A program made the translations under genes and the position numbers. From Thermoanaerobaculia bacterium (GTDB lineage: Bacteria > Acidobacteriota > Thermoanaerobaculia > Multivoradales > Multivoraceae), in assembly GCA_963664405.1 (NCBI GenBank), contig OY761158.1, positions 512,001 through 576,000 of the forward strand: 64,000 nt of DNA, written 5' to 3'. Below, one piece after another: positions 50,684-60,470 of the stretch (the stretch's first letter is position 1; the number at the start of each line of letters is the position of its first letter). Under the pieces are notes generated by a model. The model was not told the origin of the DNA, did no database searches, and saw only the letters and a program-made list of their open reading frames with translations.

Positions 50684-51316
50684 ATGACCGACTGGCAACT
50701 CACAGATCTCGTCGACTACCTCCGCGGCGCCAGCCATGCCGAGACCACGGAGGCAATCAAACAGGATCTCGCGGCCGGGAATCGAGAAGCCCGCGCCGAC
50801 CTCGACCTCTTCGGCGAAGTCGCAGCGGTGGTAAGCACCGACTTCTCCGACACCCCCCCCGAATCGGCCCTTCGAGCGGCAAGAGCCGCCTTCACCCTGA
50901 CCTCGCCCTTCAGCACCTCGGCACCTCCATTTCTAGAAACGCAAAAAATAGGGAACTCCGACGCGGCCTCGCAGACCGTCGGTTTGCGCGGACCGGCGAG
51001 AGATCACCAAGACCTGCACTTTCGCGGCGCAGGCTTCGATCTCGAGCTCAGCGTGGACATGCCGACCGAGAGCAGCGACGTCGTGATCGTCGGCCGCCTG
51101 TCGAAAGCGGCCTCGCAGCCGTGGAGCATCGATGAGGTGCCGGCTCTCCTCATCAGCCGCGACGAGCCCCTCGCCTCGACGGTGACCAACCGCTTCGGTG
51201 AGTTCCATGTGCAATGTCACAGCGAAGACAGCGTCGAGCTCCGCATTCTTGTCCCAGATCTTGGCCAGATTCGTATTCCCCTCGAGCTCCCCGAGTCGGG
51301 CGACGCCCCGTCCTGA
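50684..51316 (+). CDS. Putative soluble anti-sigma-like protein
   Basis: N-terminal LVDYLRG helix reminiscent of anti-sigma domains but with no HxxxCxxC; beta-rich C-terminus (TNRFGEF); precedes an ECF sigma. Confidence 0.5.
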   Translation: MTDWQLTDLVDYLRGASHAETTEAIKQDLAAGNREARADLDLFGEVAAVVSTDFSDTPPESALRAARAAFTLTSPFSTSAPPFLETQKIGNSDAASQTVGLRGPARDHQDLHFRGAGFDLELSVDMPTESSDVVIVGRLSKAASQPWSIDEVPALLISRDEPLASTVTNRFGEFHVQCHSEDSVELRILVPDLGQIRIPLELPESGDAPS

Positions 51317-51323
51317 AACACCA

Positions 51324-51899
51324 GTGACGGATCCGCCCTCCTCCAGCTGGGATGACGCAGCCCTAGTTGACGCCTGCATCAGCGGCAGTCAGGAGGGCTG
51401 GGACGCACTAATTCTCAAGTATCAGAACCTGGTGTGGGCGATCATCCGGCGCAGCGGGGCAGCCAGCGGTGAGGAGGAGGACGCTTTTCAGGCGGTATGG
51501 CTCGACGTCTACAACGAGCTCGAGAACCTTCGCAGTCGAGAGTCTCTGCAAGCCTGGATCGCCACCGTCACCCGCCACAAGTGCTACCACTGGCGCGCCA
51601 AGCGTCGAAGACTACCGCAGGGCCTAGACGAGACCTGGGCCAACGCGATCCCCGACCAAAACGCACTTCCAGAGGAGGCTCTCGAGCGACTCGACCGAGA
51701 TCAAAAGATTCGGCTGGCCATTCATAGCCTGCAGCCGGAGTGCCGGGAGCTCCTGGCCCGGCTCTTCCTCAGTGATCCTCCACGGCTCTACCGCGAGATT
51801 GCCGAAGAGCTTGGAATGGCGATCGGGTCGATCGGCTCGCTGCGGTCCCGATGTCTCGAGAGGCTCAAGGAGGAGCTGGTTCGCCAGGGGCTGCCGTAG
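51324..51899 (+). CDS. ECF-family RNA polymerase sigma-70 factor
   Basis: DAALVDAC...EDAFQAVW...AWIATV (region 2); YREIAEELGMAIGSIGSLRSRCLERL (region 4). Confidence 0.9.
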   Translation: MTDPPSSSWDDAALVDACISGSQEGWDALILKYQNLVWAIIRRSGAASGEEEDAFQAVWLDVYNELENLRSRESLQAWIATVTRHKCYHWRAKRRRLPQGLDETWANAIPDQNALPEEALERLDRDQKIRLAIHSLQPECRELLARLFLSDPPRLYREIAEELGMAIGSIGSLRSRCLERLKEELVRQGLP

Positions 51900-52218
51900 G
51901 CTCGCCCAAGAAGTCCTCCGCCAGGATCGCCGTCGCCGCTTCGAGCTCGGACGCCGGCACCACCACGTGAACGGACCCCAGAGCGCCAAAGGTCACCGGC
52001 TCCTGATGATAGAGCAGAGAGTAGACCTTGGAGCGAACACCGCGACTCCGCAGAAGACCCGCCACCAGCGCAGCATCGTGCTCCGTGCCCTCGGTTCTCA
52101 CCACCTCCCACGCTTCGTCCGCGGGCCGCTCCGGCAGAGTCTCGACCAAATCGACGAGGCAGTCTGGGCAACGATCGATGCCGGATCGGAACTCGCCATC
52201 ACAGACCGGACAGAACAA
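51865..52218 (-). CDS. Zinc-ribbon + DUF2007-like small protein
   Basis: FCPVCDGEF...CPDC; AALVAGLLRSRGV. Confidence 0.7.
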   Translation of the reverse strand: MFCPVCDGEFRSGIDRCPDCLVDLVETLPERPADEAWEVVRTEGTEHDAALVAGLLRSRGVRSKVYSLLYHQEPVTFGALGSVHVVVPASELEAATAILAEDFLGEPTAAPGEPAPP

Positions 52219-52383
52219 GAGTTAGTGTCCTGTATCAGTGGTTCGTTGCATAAATCGCGCAGTCATTTTGTGGGCTGCCAAGGCGCGCCGACGAAGTCAT
52301 ATTGGGTATATTTCGAGGAGGTGCAACGACGGCAGGACGCAAAAGGGCCAGCGAGTTATGTGACGAACTACTGGTACAGGACA

Positions 52384-53547
52384 CTAGGCTCCCTCTACCA
52401 GTCTCCCGACCGACCTCAATACCAGTCCCAACGGTGACGAGCTCTCGACCTCGACCTCGAGCTCACCCGGCAATCCATGCTCGAGCACGATCCCGGCAGG
52501 CACGCCCGGTTCGATACTGAACTCCACTCGGACCCTGCCATCGCGGGCCTCTGAGTCTACGTTCGATACTCGAGCCTCGACGCTCCCGTAATGGGTCCAT
52601 GGGTACCCATCGAGCCGTAGGCGCGCACGTTGCCCCGGTCGGATGCGACCGACGGCCTTGCCGGGCTCGAACTCGGCCACCACGACATGCCCCCTGTCAC
52701 TCTCAGGCACGATCGCACAAAGCTGATCGCCCGCCGCAACGTAGGCGCCCTGGAGAAGAGACTCCGCGATCTTAGCGACCGTACCGCTGACGGGCGCTCT
52801 GATCGAGCGTTGCCCGAGCTCTACCTCTAGCCGCTCCTCGGTTCTTTCAGAAGTGTCGATCGAGCCGCGCAACTGACTTGCCTGCCGGTGCAGACCCTCG
52901 ATGTCACTCCGGCGATCCCTCTCCTCGATTCGCAGTTGCTCCTGACGCCGCGCCACCGCCGTACGACGCTGCGACTCGATCGCCTGAGCCATCGCCATCT
53001 CCGACTTCGCCTTCTCGAGATCTCGAACCGATTGCACCCCCTGCTCTTTCAGTTCCAGGACCTTGGCGTGATTGGAGACCGCGAACTCTCTCGCCGCCTC
53101 GGCTTCGTTCAAAGAGGCCTCCAGCTCCTCTACCTCCAGGCGGGCCGCGTTCTTCAACTGCGCCAGCGCCTTCTCCTCGGAAGCGATCTCGCCGCTGAGG
53201 TCGGTCAACTCCGATTCGCTCCCTCTACGCGCGGACTGCCTCTCGGCCAATTGCAGCTCCTCGGTGCGGGGGTCCAACTCGAGCAGAAGGTCACCGGCTT
53301 CGACTCGTCTCCCCAGCGAGATGTGAGTCGCGACAACTCTTCCAGATACGGGCGCGGCAACCGCATGGCTCGCGCCACGAACCTCCACCCGAGCCGTCTC
53401 ACTCACTTCGTAGAGAGAGATGCTGGCGAAGAAGAACCACAAGCCCCAGGCGGTCAGGAGCAACAGCGAAGCCACCAGCATGACTGCTGAGAACCGGAAC
53501 GAATCCGCCTCTAAGGAGCGCGCAGAGCGTGAGAATGGGATCGCCAT
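52384..53547 (-). CDS. HlyD-family membrane fusion/secretion adaptor
   Basis: N-terminal TM helix, lipoyl halves VAAPVSG / IRAPVSG, coiled coil, IRPGQRARLRLDGYPWTHYG. Confidence 0.9.
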   Translation of the reverse strand: MAIPFSRSARSLEADSFRFSAVMLVASLLLLTAWGLWFFFASISLYEVSETARVEVRGASHAVAAPVSGRVVATHISLGRRVEAGDLLLELDPRTEELQLAERQSARRGSESELTDLSGEIASEEKALAQLKNAARLEVEELEASLNEAEAAREFAVSNHAKVLELKEQGVQSVRDLEKAKSEMAMAQAIESQRRTAVARRQEQLRIEERDRRSDIEGLHRQASQLRGSIDTSERTEERLEVELGQRSIRAPVSGTVAKIAESLLQGAYVAAGDQLCAIVPESDRGHVVVAEFEPGKAVGRIRPGQRARLRLDGYPWTHYGSVEARVSNVDSEARDGRVRVEFSIEPGVPAGIVLEHGLPGELEVEVESSSPLGLVLRSVGRLVEGA

Positions 53548-53618
53548 CGCCGGGTCTCGGGGCTAAAGAGTCGAGGGGCTAGTTAGAGAAGTATACAGAG
53601 GAGCAAATAATGGGCCTA

Positions 53619-55853
53619 TCAGACCACCTCGAGCAGCGCCCCGTCGTCTCGCCTCGCGACCACTCTCCCGATCCTCGCGACAGGTGTCGCCGCAGCAAGA
53701 GACCTCGACAGATCGGGCACCAGCCCGGGATCGACCCCAAACAGGAGCCCACCCGAAGTCTGCGGATCGAAGAGGAGCTCCAGGCGTGGATCCCCAGTGA
53801 GCCTCGGCTCCACCACGATGCCCCTACGAGCGCGCTCGTTCTCGGCATGAAAGGTACTGCGCAGACCTCGGGCGAGAAGCGCCTCCGCACCCTCGAGAGC
53901 AGGAAGGCTGTCGAGCTCCACCGAGCTGCTGGCACCGCTGGCACGAAGCATCTCGCCCAAGTGACCGGCGAGCCCGAAACCGGTCACATCAGTTGCCGCC
54001 TCGACTCCGTAAGATCGCAGCACCTCGAAAGCCGCTGCGTTGCTTTCGAGCACCGAGAGCAGAGCACCCTCCAGCCAGCGGCCCCGGGCCAGACCTTGCA
54101 TGTCACTATGGAAGATCACACCAGTGCCCAAACGCTTGGTCAGGAGCAACTCCTGTCCCTCCCGCAGTGCGTCGAGCCGAAAGAGCGCAGCCTCCGATTC
54201 CGCAAAGCCATCGACCGAGAAGCCCACCATCAATCGAGCTGCCGTCGTGGTGTGGCCGCCGAGAAGCCGAACCCCGAGTGCCCCGAATGCGGCCCTGGCT
54301 CCCGACAACGCCTGGAACAGGATCTCTTCCGCCTCCACGCTGTCGCTGCTCTCAGGCACCGCAACCAACGCCATGGCGTAGCGCGGTCGCACACCCGTCG
54401 CCAGTAGATCGGAGGCAGCGTTTACCGCCGCCGCTCCGCCAACAGACCAGGCGTCATCCGTAAAGGCGCTGAACATGTCGACACTGGTGGCAAGCAGTTG
54501 GCCCCCGGGCATGCGCACCGCCGCTGCATCGTCGGCGCTATCGAGGCCGAGGACGACATCGCCATCGCCATCGCCATGGTCAGGCCCCACTCGCTCCAAT
54601 GCGCGCTGAAGCACGGTCTGCCCCACTTTTGCAGCGCAACCGCCACATAGCATCGACATCTCGCGGTTCATTGCCGGGAACTCCTCCGAGAGCTCTCCCT
54701 CCCTGCTCAAAACCTGAAAACGACGCATGAAGCGGCGATCAATCCAGTCCTTCAACCGCATCACCCAGCGCCCCTCGAAAGAGAGCCTCCACTTACTACC
54801 AATGGCAGTCCCGTCGCCGAGATTGAGCAAGGCAAGGAAGTCGGACTGCGGCCGATACCGGCGCAGCTCACCCTCGTCGAGGGCGGCGCGAAGGTTGTCG
54901 ATCAGATAGGGCCCCTGCCGAACCGCATAGACCCCGGCCTTCGCCGTGCCGGGGTGGTCTCGCAGCGTCGCGCAGTCGCCCACGGCGAAAATATCGTCGT
55001 GGCCATCTACCTGTAGGGTTGGCCGCGCGCACACAAAGCCCTGGGCGTCCACCGTCAGCCCCGAGCCGGCAAACAGGCCATGACCTGCGGCACCCGTGAC
55101 CCAAAGCAGAAGGTCGAAGTCGACCTCGCCTCCCCCCTCGAGCAAGACCCGACCCTCCTCCGCGGAGGCGACCTTGGCGCCGCAGCGAACTTCGATACCG
55201 CGAGCCTCAGCCCGCTCCATCACCCGCTTCACCAGACTTGGTGGCGAGCCCAGCAGGATCCGATCTTCTGCGTGCAGCAGAACGATCTCCACACCTTCAA
55301 GCCCCTCCCTTTGCAGCCGGACCTGAAGGGTGAAGGCCAGCTCGACACCGGCGACGCCGCCCCCCACCAGTACGGCCCTGAATCGGCCGGACTCTGCGTC
55401 CGCGCTTGCGCGCTTCACCGCCGCGTCGACAGAGTGAACAAAGCGGCCGATGGGACGCGTCGGCCGGGCGTATTCCCGCACTCCGGGCAGGTCGAGTCCG
55501 CGCACTGTAGAGCCGACATCGAAAGACACCACATCGTATGGAACCGGCGGACGACCGACGAGGAGCACCTTCTTCTCCTCAGGGTCCACGCCTTCCGCGG
55601 GCGCGAGAATCACTCGAGCACCGGCACGCCGCGCCAGAGGCACTACGTCGATCTCGAGCTCGTGCTCGTCGTACTGACCCGCGACGAAGCCCGGGACCAT
55701 ACCGGAGTACACCGCGATCGGCGTGTCGAGGACCACCGTGATGCGCGTCGCCGCCGGCGGCGCCATCGCGAACCGCCGTAGCACCTGAACGTGGGTGTGC
55801 CCGCCGCCGACGAGAACCAGCTCTCGCATATGAGTCGGAGTGACCAAATCCAC
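53619..55853 (-). CDS. selD: Selenide,water dikinase fused to an N-terminal FAD/NAD oxidoreductase
   Basis: LVGGGHTH; CGGCAAKV, DDAA, GGHT, TDVTGFGLAGH and DPQTSGGLL motifs. Confidence 0.9.
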   Translation of the reverse strand: MDLVTPTHMRELVLVGGGHTHVQVLRRFAMAPPAATRITVVLDTPIAVYSGMVPGFVAGQYDEHELEIDVVPLARRAGARVILAPAEGVDPEEKKVLLVGRPPVPYDVVSFDVGSTVRGLDLPGVREYARPTRPIGRFVHSVDAAVKRASADAESGRFRAVLVGGGVAGVELAFTLQVRLQREGLEGVEIVLLHAEDRILLGSPPSLVKRVMERAEARGIEVRCGAKVASAEEGRVLLEGGGEVDFDLLLWVTGAAGHGLFAGSGLTVDAQGFVCARPTLQVDGHDDIFAVGDCATLRDHPGTAKAGVYAVRQGPYLIDNLRAALDEGELRRYRPQSDFLALLNLGDGTAIGSKWRLSFEGRWVMRLKDWIDRRFMRRFQVLSREGELSEEFPAMNREMSMLCGGCAAKVGQTVLQRALERVGPDHGDGDGDVVLGLDSADDAAAVRMPGGQLLATSVDMFSAFTDDAWSVGGAAAVNAASDLLATGVRPRYAMALVAVPESSDSVEAEEILFQALSGARAAFGALGVRLLGGHTTTAARLMVGFSVDGFAESEAALFRLDALREGQELLLTKRLGTGVIFHSDMQGLARGRWLEGALLSVLESNAAAFEVLRSYGVEAATDVTGFGLAGHLGEMLRASGASSSVELDSLPALEGAEALLARGLRSTFHAENERARRGIVVEPRLTGDPRLELLFDPQTSGGLLFGVDPGLVPDLSRSLAAATPVARIGRVVARRDDGALLEVV

Positions 55854-55868
55854 GTACCGGCCCGATCC

Positions 55869-56051
55869 CTATGCGCGCGCCAACTCGACGACGACTCTCG
55901 ACAAAGCCTGGGTGAAGCCGACCATCTTCGGCAGATCCCCGGCTTCGGACCAACGATCAGCAGTTTCCGGAGCGGCGAGGAGGTCCTTGCGGGTAACAGC
56001 ATCTGACCCTAGAGGCAGACGAGTCCGATCCTGTGTCTGAGGGTTGCTCAT
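55869..56051 (-). CDS. Small hypothetical protein upstream of selD (60 aa)
   Basis: ATG start; co-oriented and 15 bp from the selD ORF. Confidence 0.45.
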   Translation of the reverse strand: MSNPQTQDRTRLPLGSDAVTRKDLLAAPETADRWSEAGDLPKMVGFTQALSRVVVELARA

Positions 56052-56368
56052 CTCGATCTACTTCGACAGGGGCCGCGTCCAGAGCCTACAACAGCCCTGC
56101 CCTCAGCTGCTTCCCCTCGAAACCGGGCCACCGGGCTCGCCTCGCGAGGCTCTCCCAAGCCCAGCCGCTAGCAACGAATATGAGCCACGCCAGCGACGCC
56201 ATGTAGCGATATGCCAACTTAGTGTGCATACCAAGATTGACAAAATAATGTACATGCGACTACCATTTCTTGTTAGTGCCTAGCTCCAAGGCAGGACTTT
56301 GAAGCATTAGGCCACTCGCAGGTCCTCTCCGTCCAGAGAGCCGACCAGGCCACATAGCCGGAACACGC

Positions 56369-56983
56369 ATGACCACCGTACTAAGCCCTCCGACCGCCGA
56401 GACCGTCCCAACGCGACGAAAGCTCTTCCAGCAGCAGTCAGAGATCGGAATCGCCCTGTGCCGGCGCGGAGACTGGGATGGCGGAATCGATCGCCTACTT
56501 CGGCTGAAGGAGACCAGCAGCAACGAAGAATGGACACCGGGCCTCGCCTCCTCGTACCTCGGCTACGGGCTCGCCTCCCGGCAGAAGAAGTACGACGAGG
56601 GCCTCCGCTATTGCGAAGCGGCCGTGCGGAGAGAAGTCTGGGAGCCAGACACCTACCTCAACCTCGCCCGCACCCATGTTCTTCGCAAAGACCCGAAGCG
56701 GGCCGTTTCGGCCCTCGAGCGCGGCCTGCAGATCGACCCGGACCACAAAGAGCTCCTGCTCCTCCAAAACAAGCTCGGGAACCGGCGCAAGCTCACTTTC
56801 CCCCTCCTGGCACGCGGCCACTTCCTCAATCGGATCGCCGGAAAGGTCCGGCATGGCTTAGCAACCAATCGCTCGACCAAGGGCGACGCGAAGACGACAG
56901 AATCGCCTACCTCGCAGGCGACTAGCCCCGGAACACGGCCCCCCCTGGTCCGCCCTCCGGCTCAGACCTCCCATAGTAGCTAG
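56369..56983 (+). CDS. TPR-repeat protein
   Basis: YLNLARTH...ALERGLQIDP TPR pattern. Confidence 0.7.
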   Translation: MTTVLSPPTAETVPTRRKLFQQQSEIGIALCRRGDWDGGIDRLLRLKETSSNEEWTPGLASSYLGYGLASRQKKYDEGLRYCEAAVRREVWEPDTYLNLARTHVLRKDPKRAVSALERGLQIDPDHKELLLLQNKLGNRRKLTFPLLARGHFLNRIAGKVRHGLATNRSTKGDAKTTESPTSQATSPGTRPPLVRPPAQTSHSS

Positions 56984-57055
56984 TGCTAGTCGCCTGCGTC
57001 GTCGTCTTTTCCCCGGAAGACGGGCTTTGCCCTGCTCCGGCCCAGCCTGCTGCGC

Positions 57056-58861
57056 CTAGCTGTCGTCGGAGCGCAGTACCGAGATAAAGGCTTCCTGGGG
57101 AATCTCGACGGCACCCACCATCTTCATCCGCTTCTTGCCTTCTCTCTGTTTCTCGAGCAGCTTTCTCTTCCGGGTGATGTCGCCGCCGTAGCACTTCGCG
57201 GTTACGTCCTTGCGAAAGGCATTGATCGTCGCACGAGCGATAATCTGCCCACCGATCGCTCCCTGAATGGCGATCTTGAACTGCTGGCGCGGGATCGTAC
57301 CCTTGAGACGCTCGCAGTAGCGAAGCGCCCGAGCCCGAGCGTGCTCGCGATGAATCAACTGCGACAATGCGTCGACCGACTCGCCGTTGACCAGGATGTC
57401 GACCTTGACCAGATCGGTAGCCCGGTAATCCAGGAGCTCGTAGTCGAAGGAACCGTAGCCCTGGGTCACCGTCTTCAGGCGATCGTAAAAATCGAACAAG
57501 ACTTCCGCGAGCGGTAACTCGGACGTAAGCTCGACTCGACCGACAGCCAAGTAATTGTACGTGATCTTCTCGCCACGCCGCTCCCGGCAGAGCTCCATCA
57601 CCGGGCCTACGTAGCGCTCGGGCATCATGATCGAGCCCTGGATATAGGGCTCGGTGACGCTCTTGATCTCACTTGGGTCGGGATACAACGAAGGATTGTC
57701 GACCTCGATGACGCGGTCGTCACTCATCGTCACCACGTATCTCACCGAGGGTGCTGAGAGCACCAACGAGAGTCCGTGCTCCCGCTCCAGACGCTCTTGG
57801 ACGATGTCGAGATGCAGCAGCCCGAGAAAACCGCACCGAAAGCCAAAGCCAAGGGCAACCGACGAGTCCTTCTGATAGGTCAGCGACGCATCGTTGAGCT
57901 TCAGCTTTTCGAGAGCCTTACCCAGATCCGGGTAATCCACCGAAGATACCGGGTACATTGAAGAGAACACCACCGACTTGGCCTCTCGATATCCCGGAAT
58001 GGGAGAGCTCGCCGGACTCTCAGCGTCGGTGATCGTGTCGCCGATGGCGATTTCACTGATGTTCTTGACTCCGGCGATGACATACCCGACGTCCCCTGCA
58101 GCGAGCTCGGGCGTAATGTTGCGCTGCAACTGAAGAGCGCCCACTTCCTCGACTGAGTACTCCTTCTCAGAGTGCATGAGTCGAACCCGCTGTCCCTTTC
58201 GCAGGGTACCCTCGGCGATGCGACAGAACAGAATGACGCCTCGATAGGGATCGTATTGGGCATCAAATATGAGTGCCTGCAGCGCACCATCCCTGTCACC
58301 GGTCGGAGCCGGAAGCTTGTGAATGATCGCTTCGAGCAGCTCGTCGATACCCTCCCCCGTTTTCGCCGAACAGTGAGCCGCTTCGAAGGGGTCGAGTCCG
58401 AGGTCGGCATCGATCTCTTCGTTCACACGCTCGATATCGGCCGAGGGTAGGTCGATTTTGTTGATTACAGGCAAGATCTCCAAGTCGTGCTCGAGGGCCA
58501 GATATAGATTCGCGACCGTCTGTGCCTCTACGCCTTGTGCCGCATCGATCAACAGCAGCGCGCCCTCGCACGACATGAGTGAGCGGCGCACCTCGTGCGA
58601 AAAGTCGACGTGTCCGGGGGTGTCGATCAGATTCAACCGGTACCGCCGACCATCGGCGGCGTCATAGAGCAAGGTGATGGTATTGCTCTTGATCGTGATC
58701 CCTCGCTCCCGCTCGATATCCATCGAGTCGAGGATCTGATCGCGAAAGTCCCGATCCGAGACCCCACCGCAGCGCTGAATCAGACGATCCGCAAGCGTCG
58801 ACTTGCCGTGGTCGATATGGGCAATGACGCAGAAGTTGCGAGTGAGCTCGAGATCGTGCAT
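57056..58861 (-). CDS. lepA: Translation elongation factor 4 (LepA)
   Basis: AHIDHGKSTL, RERGITI, DTPGHVDF and KCYGGDITRKRKLLEKQ motifs. Confidence 0.97.
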   Translation of the reverse strand: MHDLELTRNFCVIAHIDHGKSTLADRLIQRCGGVSDRDFRDQILDSMDIERERGITIKSNTITLLYDAADGRRYRLNLIDTPGHVDFSHEVRRSLMSCEGALLLIDAAQGVEAQTVANLYLALEHDLEILPVINKIDLPSADIERVNEEIDADLGLDPFEAAHCSAKTGEGIDELLEAIIHKLPAPTGDRDGALQALIFDAQYDPYRGVILFCRIAEGTLRKGQRVRLMHSEKEYSVEEVGALQLQRNITPELAAGDVGYVIAGVKNISEIAIGDTITDAESPASSPIPGYREAKSVVFSSMYPVSSVDYPDLGKALEKLKLNDASLTYQKDSSVALGFGFRCGFLGLLHLDIVQERLEREHGLSLVLSAPSVRYVVTMSDDRVIEVDNPSLYPDPSEIKSVTEPYIQGSIMMPERYVGPVMELCRERRGEKITYNYLAVGRVELTSELPLAEVLFDFYDRLKTVTQGYGSFDYELLDYRATDLVKVDILVNGESVDALSQLIHREHARARALRYCERLKGTIPRQQFKIAIQGAIGGQIIARATINAFRKDVTAKCYGGDITRKRKLLEKQREGKKRMKMVGAVEIPQEAFISVLRSDDS

Positions 58862-58909
58862 TCGTCGCTCGGAGAATCGAAATTTGTAAGCAAAGGCGAA
58901 GAGCCGTCG

Positions 58910-59386
58910 CTAGACGATTGCAGCCTTGATTCCGAGCTTCTTGCAGATGATCTTCCACTCCGCCGTTGTCACCGGCTGCACCGACAAGCGCTGGCCACGT
59001 CGTAGCAGGGCCATCCCCTCGAGCTCGGCCATCTCACGCAGATCGGGGAGTGAAAGGATCTCTTCGAGAGCAGCCACGAACTCGATATCCACCATCGACC
59101 ACCGCGGGTTGTCGGGATCCGACTTCGGGTCGAAGTGCTTATCTTCCGGGTCGAACTGGGTGTGATCGGTATATGCCTCTTTGCAGACTCTAGCGACCCC
59201 GACGATTCCAGGTGGTTTCGCGACGGAGTGATAAAACAGCACCCCGTCCCCCACTTTCATCGAGCGCATCAAGTTGCGCGCCTGATAATTGCGGACCCCG
59301 TCCCAGTAGATCGACTTGTCTCTCTCGAGATCCGAGATCGAGTAGTCCCCGGGCTCCGTCTTCATCAGCCAGTAGCGTTTCGCCAC
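58910..59386 (-). CDS. EVE domain protein
   Basis: YWLMKTEP, WDGVRNYQARN and RLSVQPV motifs. Confidence 0.92.
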   Translation of the reverse strand: MAKRYWLMKTEPGDYSISDLERDKSIYWDGVRNYQARNLMRSMKVGDGVLFYHSVAKPPGIVGVARVCKEAYTDHTQFDPEDKHFDPKSDPDNPRWSMVDIEFVAALEEILSLPDLREMAELEGMALLRRGQRLSVQPVTTAEWKIICKKLGIKAAIV

Positions 59387-59397
59387 AATCGACTCCC

Positions 59398-60411
59398 TCA
59401 ACGCGCGATCTGCCCCTCGCGCAGCGGTTGCTGCGGAGAGCGCGGCTCGTCCGGATAGAGATCGGCAACGTACTCTTCGTAGCCGTTGAACATCGCAGTG
59501 TCGAAAGCCTGGTTCGTATCCAGCCAATACGACTGAGCCTGACTCCAGCGAGGATGAGGGATGTTGGGATTGACGTTGGAGATGAAGCCGTACTCGTGAG
59601 CTTGCACCTGCCAGAAGGTCCGGGGCTCCTTGGCGACGAGCTTGATTTTGACGATCGACTTCGGGCTCTTGTAACCAAACTTCCAGGGGACGGCAATACG
59701 AATTGGCGCGCCGTGTTGTTTCGGCAACGGCTCACCGTAGACGCCGGTGACCACCATCGCCAAATCGTTCATCGCTTCGTCGAGCCGCAAGGCCTCGTGA
59801 TAGGGCCACGGGTACCAATGCGCCTCGACCATACCCGGCATCTGCGCGGCTCGGCTCACGGTCTCGAAACGTACGAACTTCGCTTTCGCCGTCGGCTCGA
59901 CCTTGTCGAGAAGCAGGCGCAGTGGGAAGCCACTCCACGGAACATTCATCGCCCAGCGCTCGACGCAGCGAAAGTGATACAAGCGCTCTTCGTGGGGGAA
60001 GGAGAAGAGATCATCGAGGTCGAGCGTCATCGGCTTCGCACACAAGCCGCTGATCTCGATCTTCCAAGGCTCGACCACGAAGTCGTCGACATGCCGCCAG
60101 ACCGGCCCCCCACGCCCAGGGAGGAACTCATAGAAGTTGTTGTGACTGCCGGCCGTCAGTCTCGGGGTCAACTCCTGGCGGAGTCCTTCCGGCAACTCGT
60201 ACTCTTCGTTCCGCTTCGCCGGAAAAACCTTCGAACGGGAAAGAGCGGGCCGGACAATGCGCGCCGCCTCATCCTGCGCAAAACCGGCCCCAGGGAGTGC
60301 CGTAGCGGCGATTCCTGCACCGGCGGCAACCAAAAACCTGCGCCGATCGAAGAAAACTTCCGATGACGTTGCTTGACGGTCCAGAATTGTCGGCTCGAAG
60401 CGCTTAGACAT
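59398..60411 (-). CDS. msrP: Protein-methionine-sulfoxide reductase catalytic subunit MsrP
   Basis: Tat signal DRRRFL; NNFYEF, RCVERW and HPRWSQA motifs. Confidence 0.93.
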   Translation of the reverse strand: MSKRFEPTILDRQATSSEVFFDRRRFLVAAGAGIAATALPGAGFAQDEAARIVRPALSRSKVFPAKRNEEYELPEGLRQELTPRLTAGSHNNFYEFLPGRGGPVWRHVDDFVVEPWKIEISGLCAKPMTLDLDDLFSFPHEERLYHFRCVERWAMNVPWSGFPLRLLLDKVEPTAKAKFVRFETVSRAAQMPGMVEAHWYPWPYHEALRLDEAMNDLAMVVTGVYGEPLPKQHGAPIRIAVPWKFGYKSPKSIVKIKLVAKEPRTFWQVQAHEYGFISNVNPNIPHPRWSQAQSYWLDTNQAFDTAMFNGYEEYVADLYPDEPRSPQQPLREGQIAR

Positions 60412-60470
60412 AGCCCCTCCTTGGATGCTCATTGTAGCGCGCGGCCGCCGATGACTGGCAGACGAGTCGC

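Noticed and set aside
54630-54660. Selenocysteine in SelD
   Set aside because: The active-site motif reads CGGCAAK with Cys codons and no in-frame TGA
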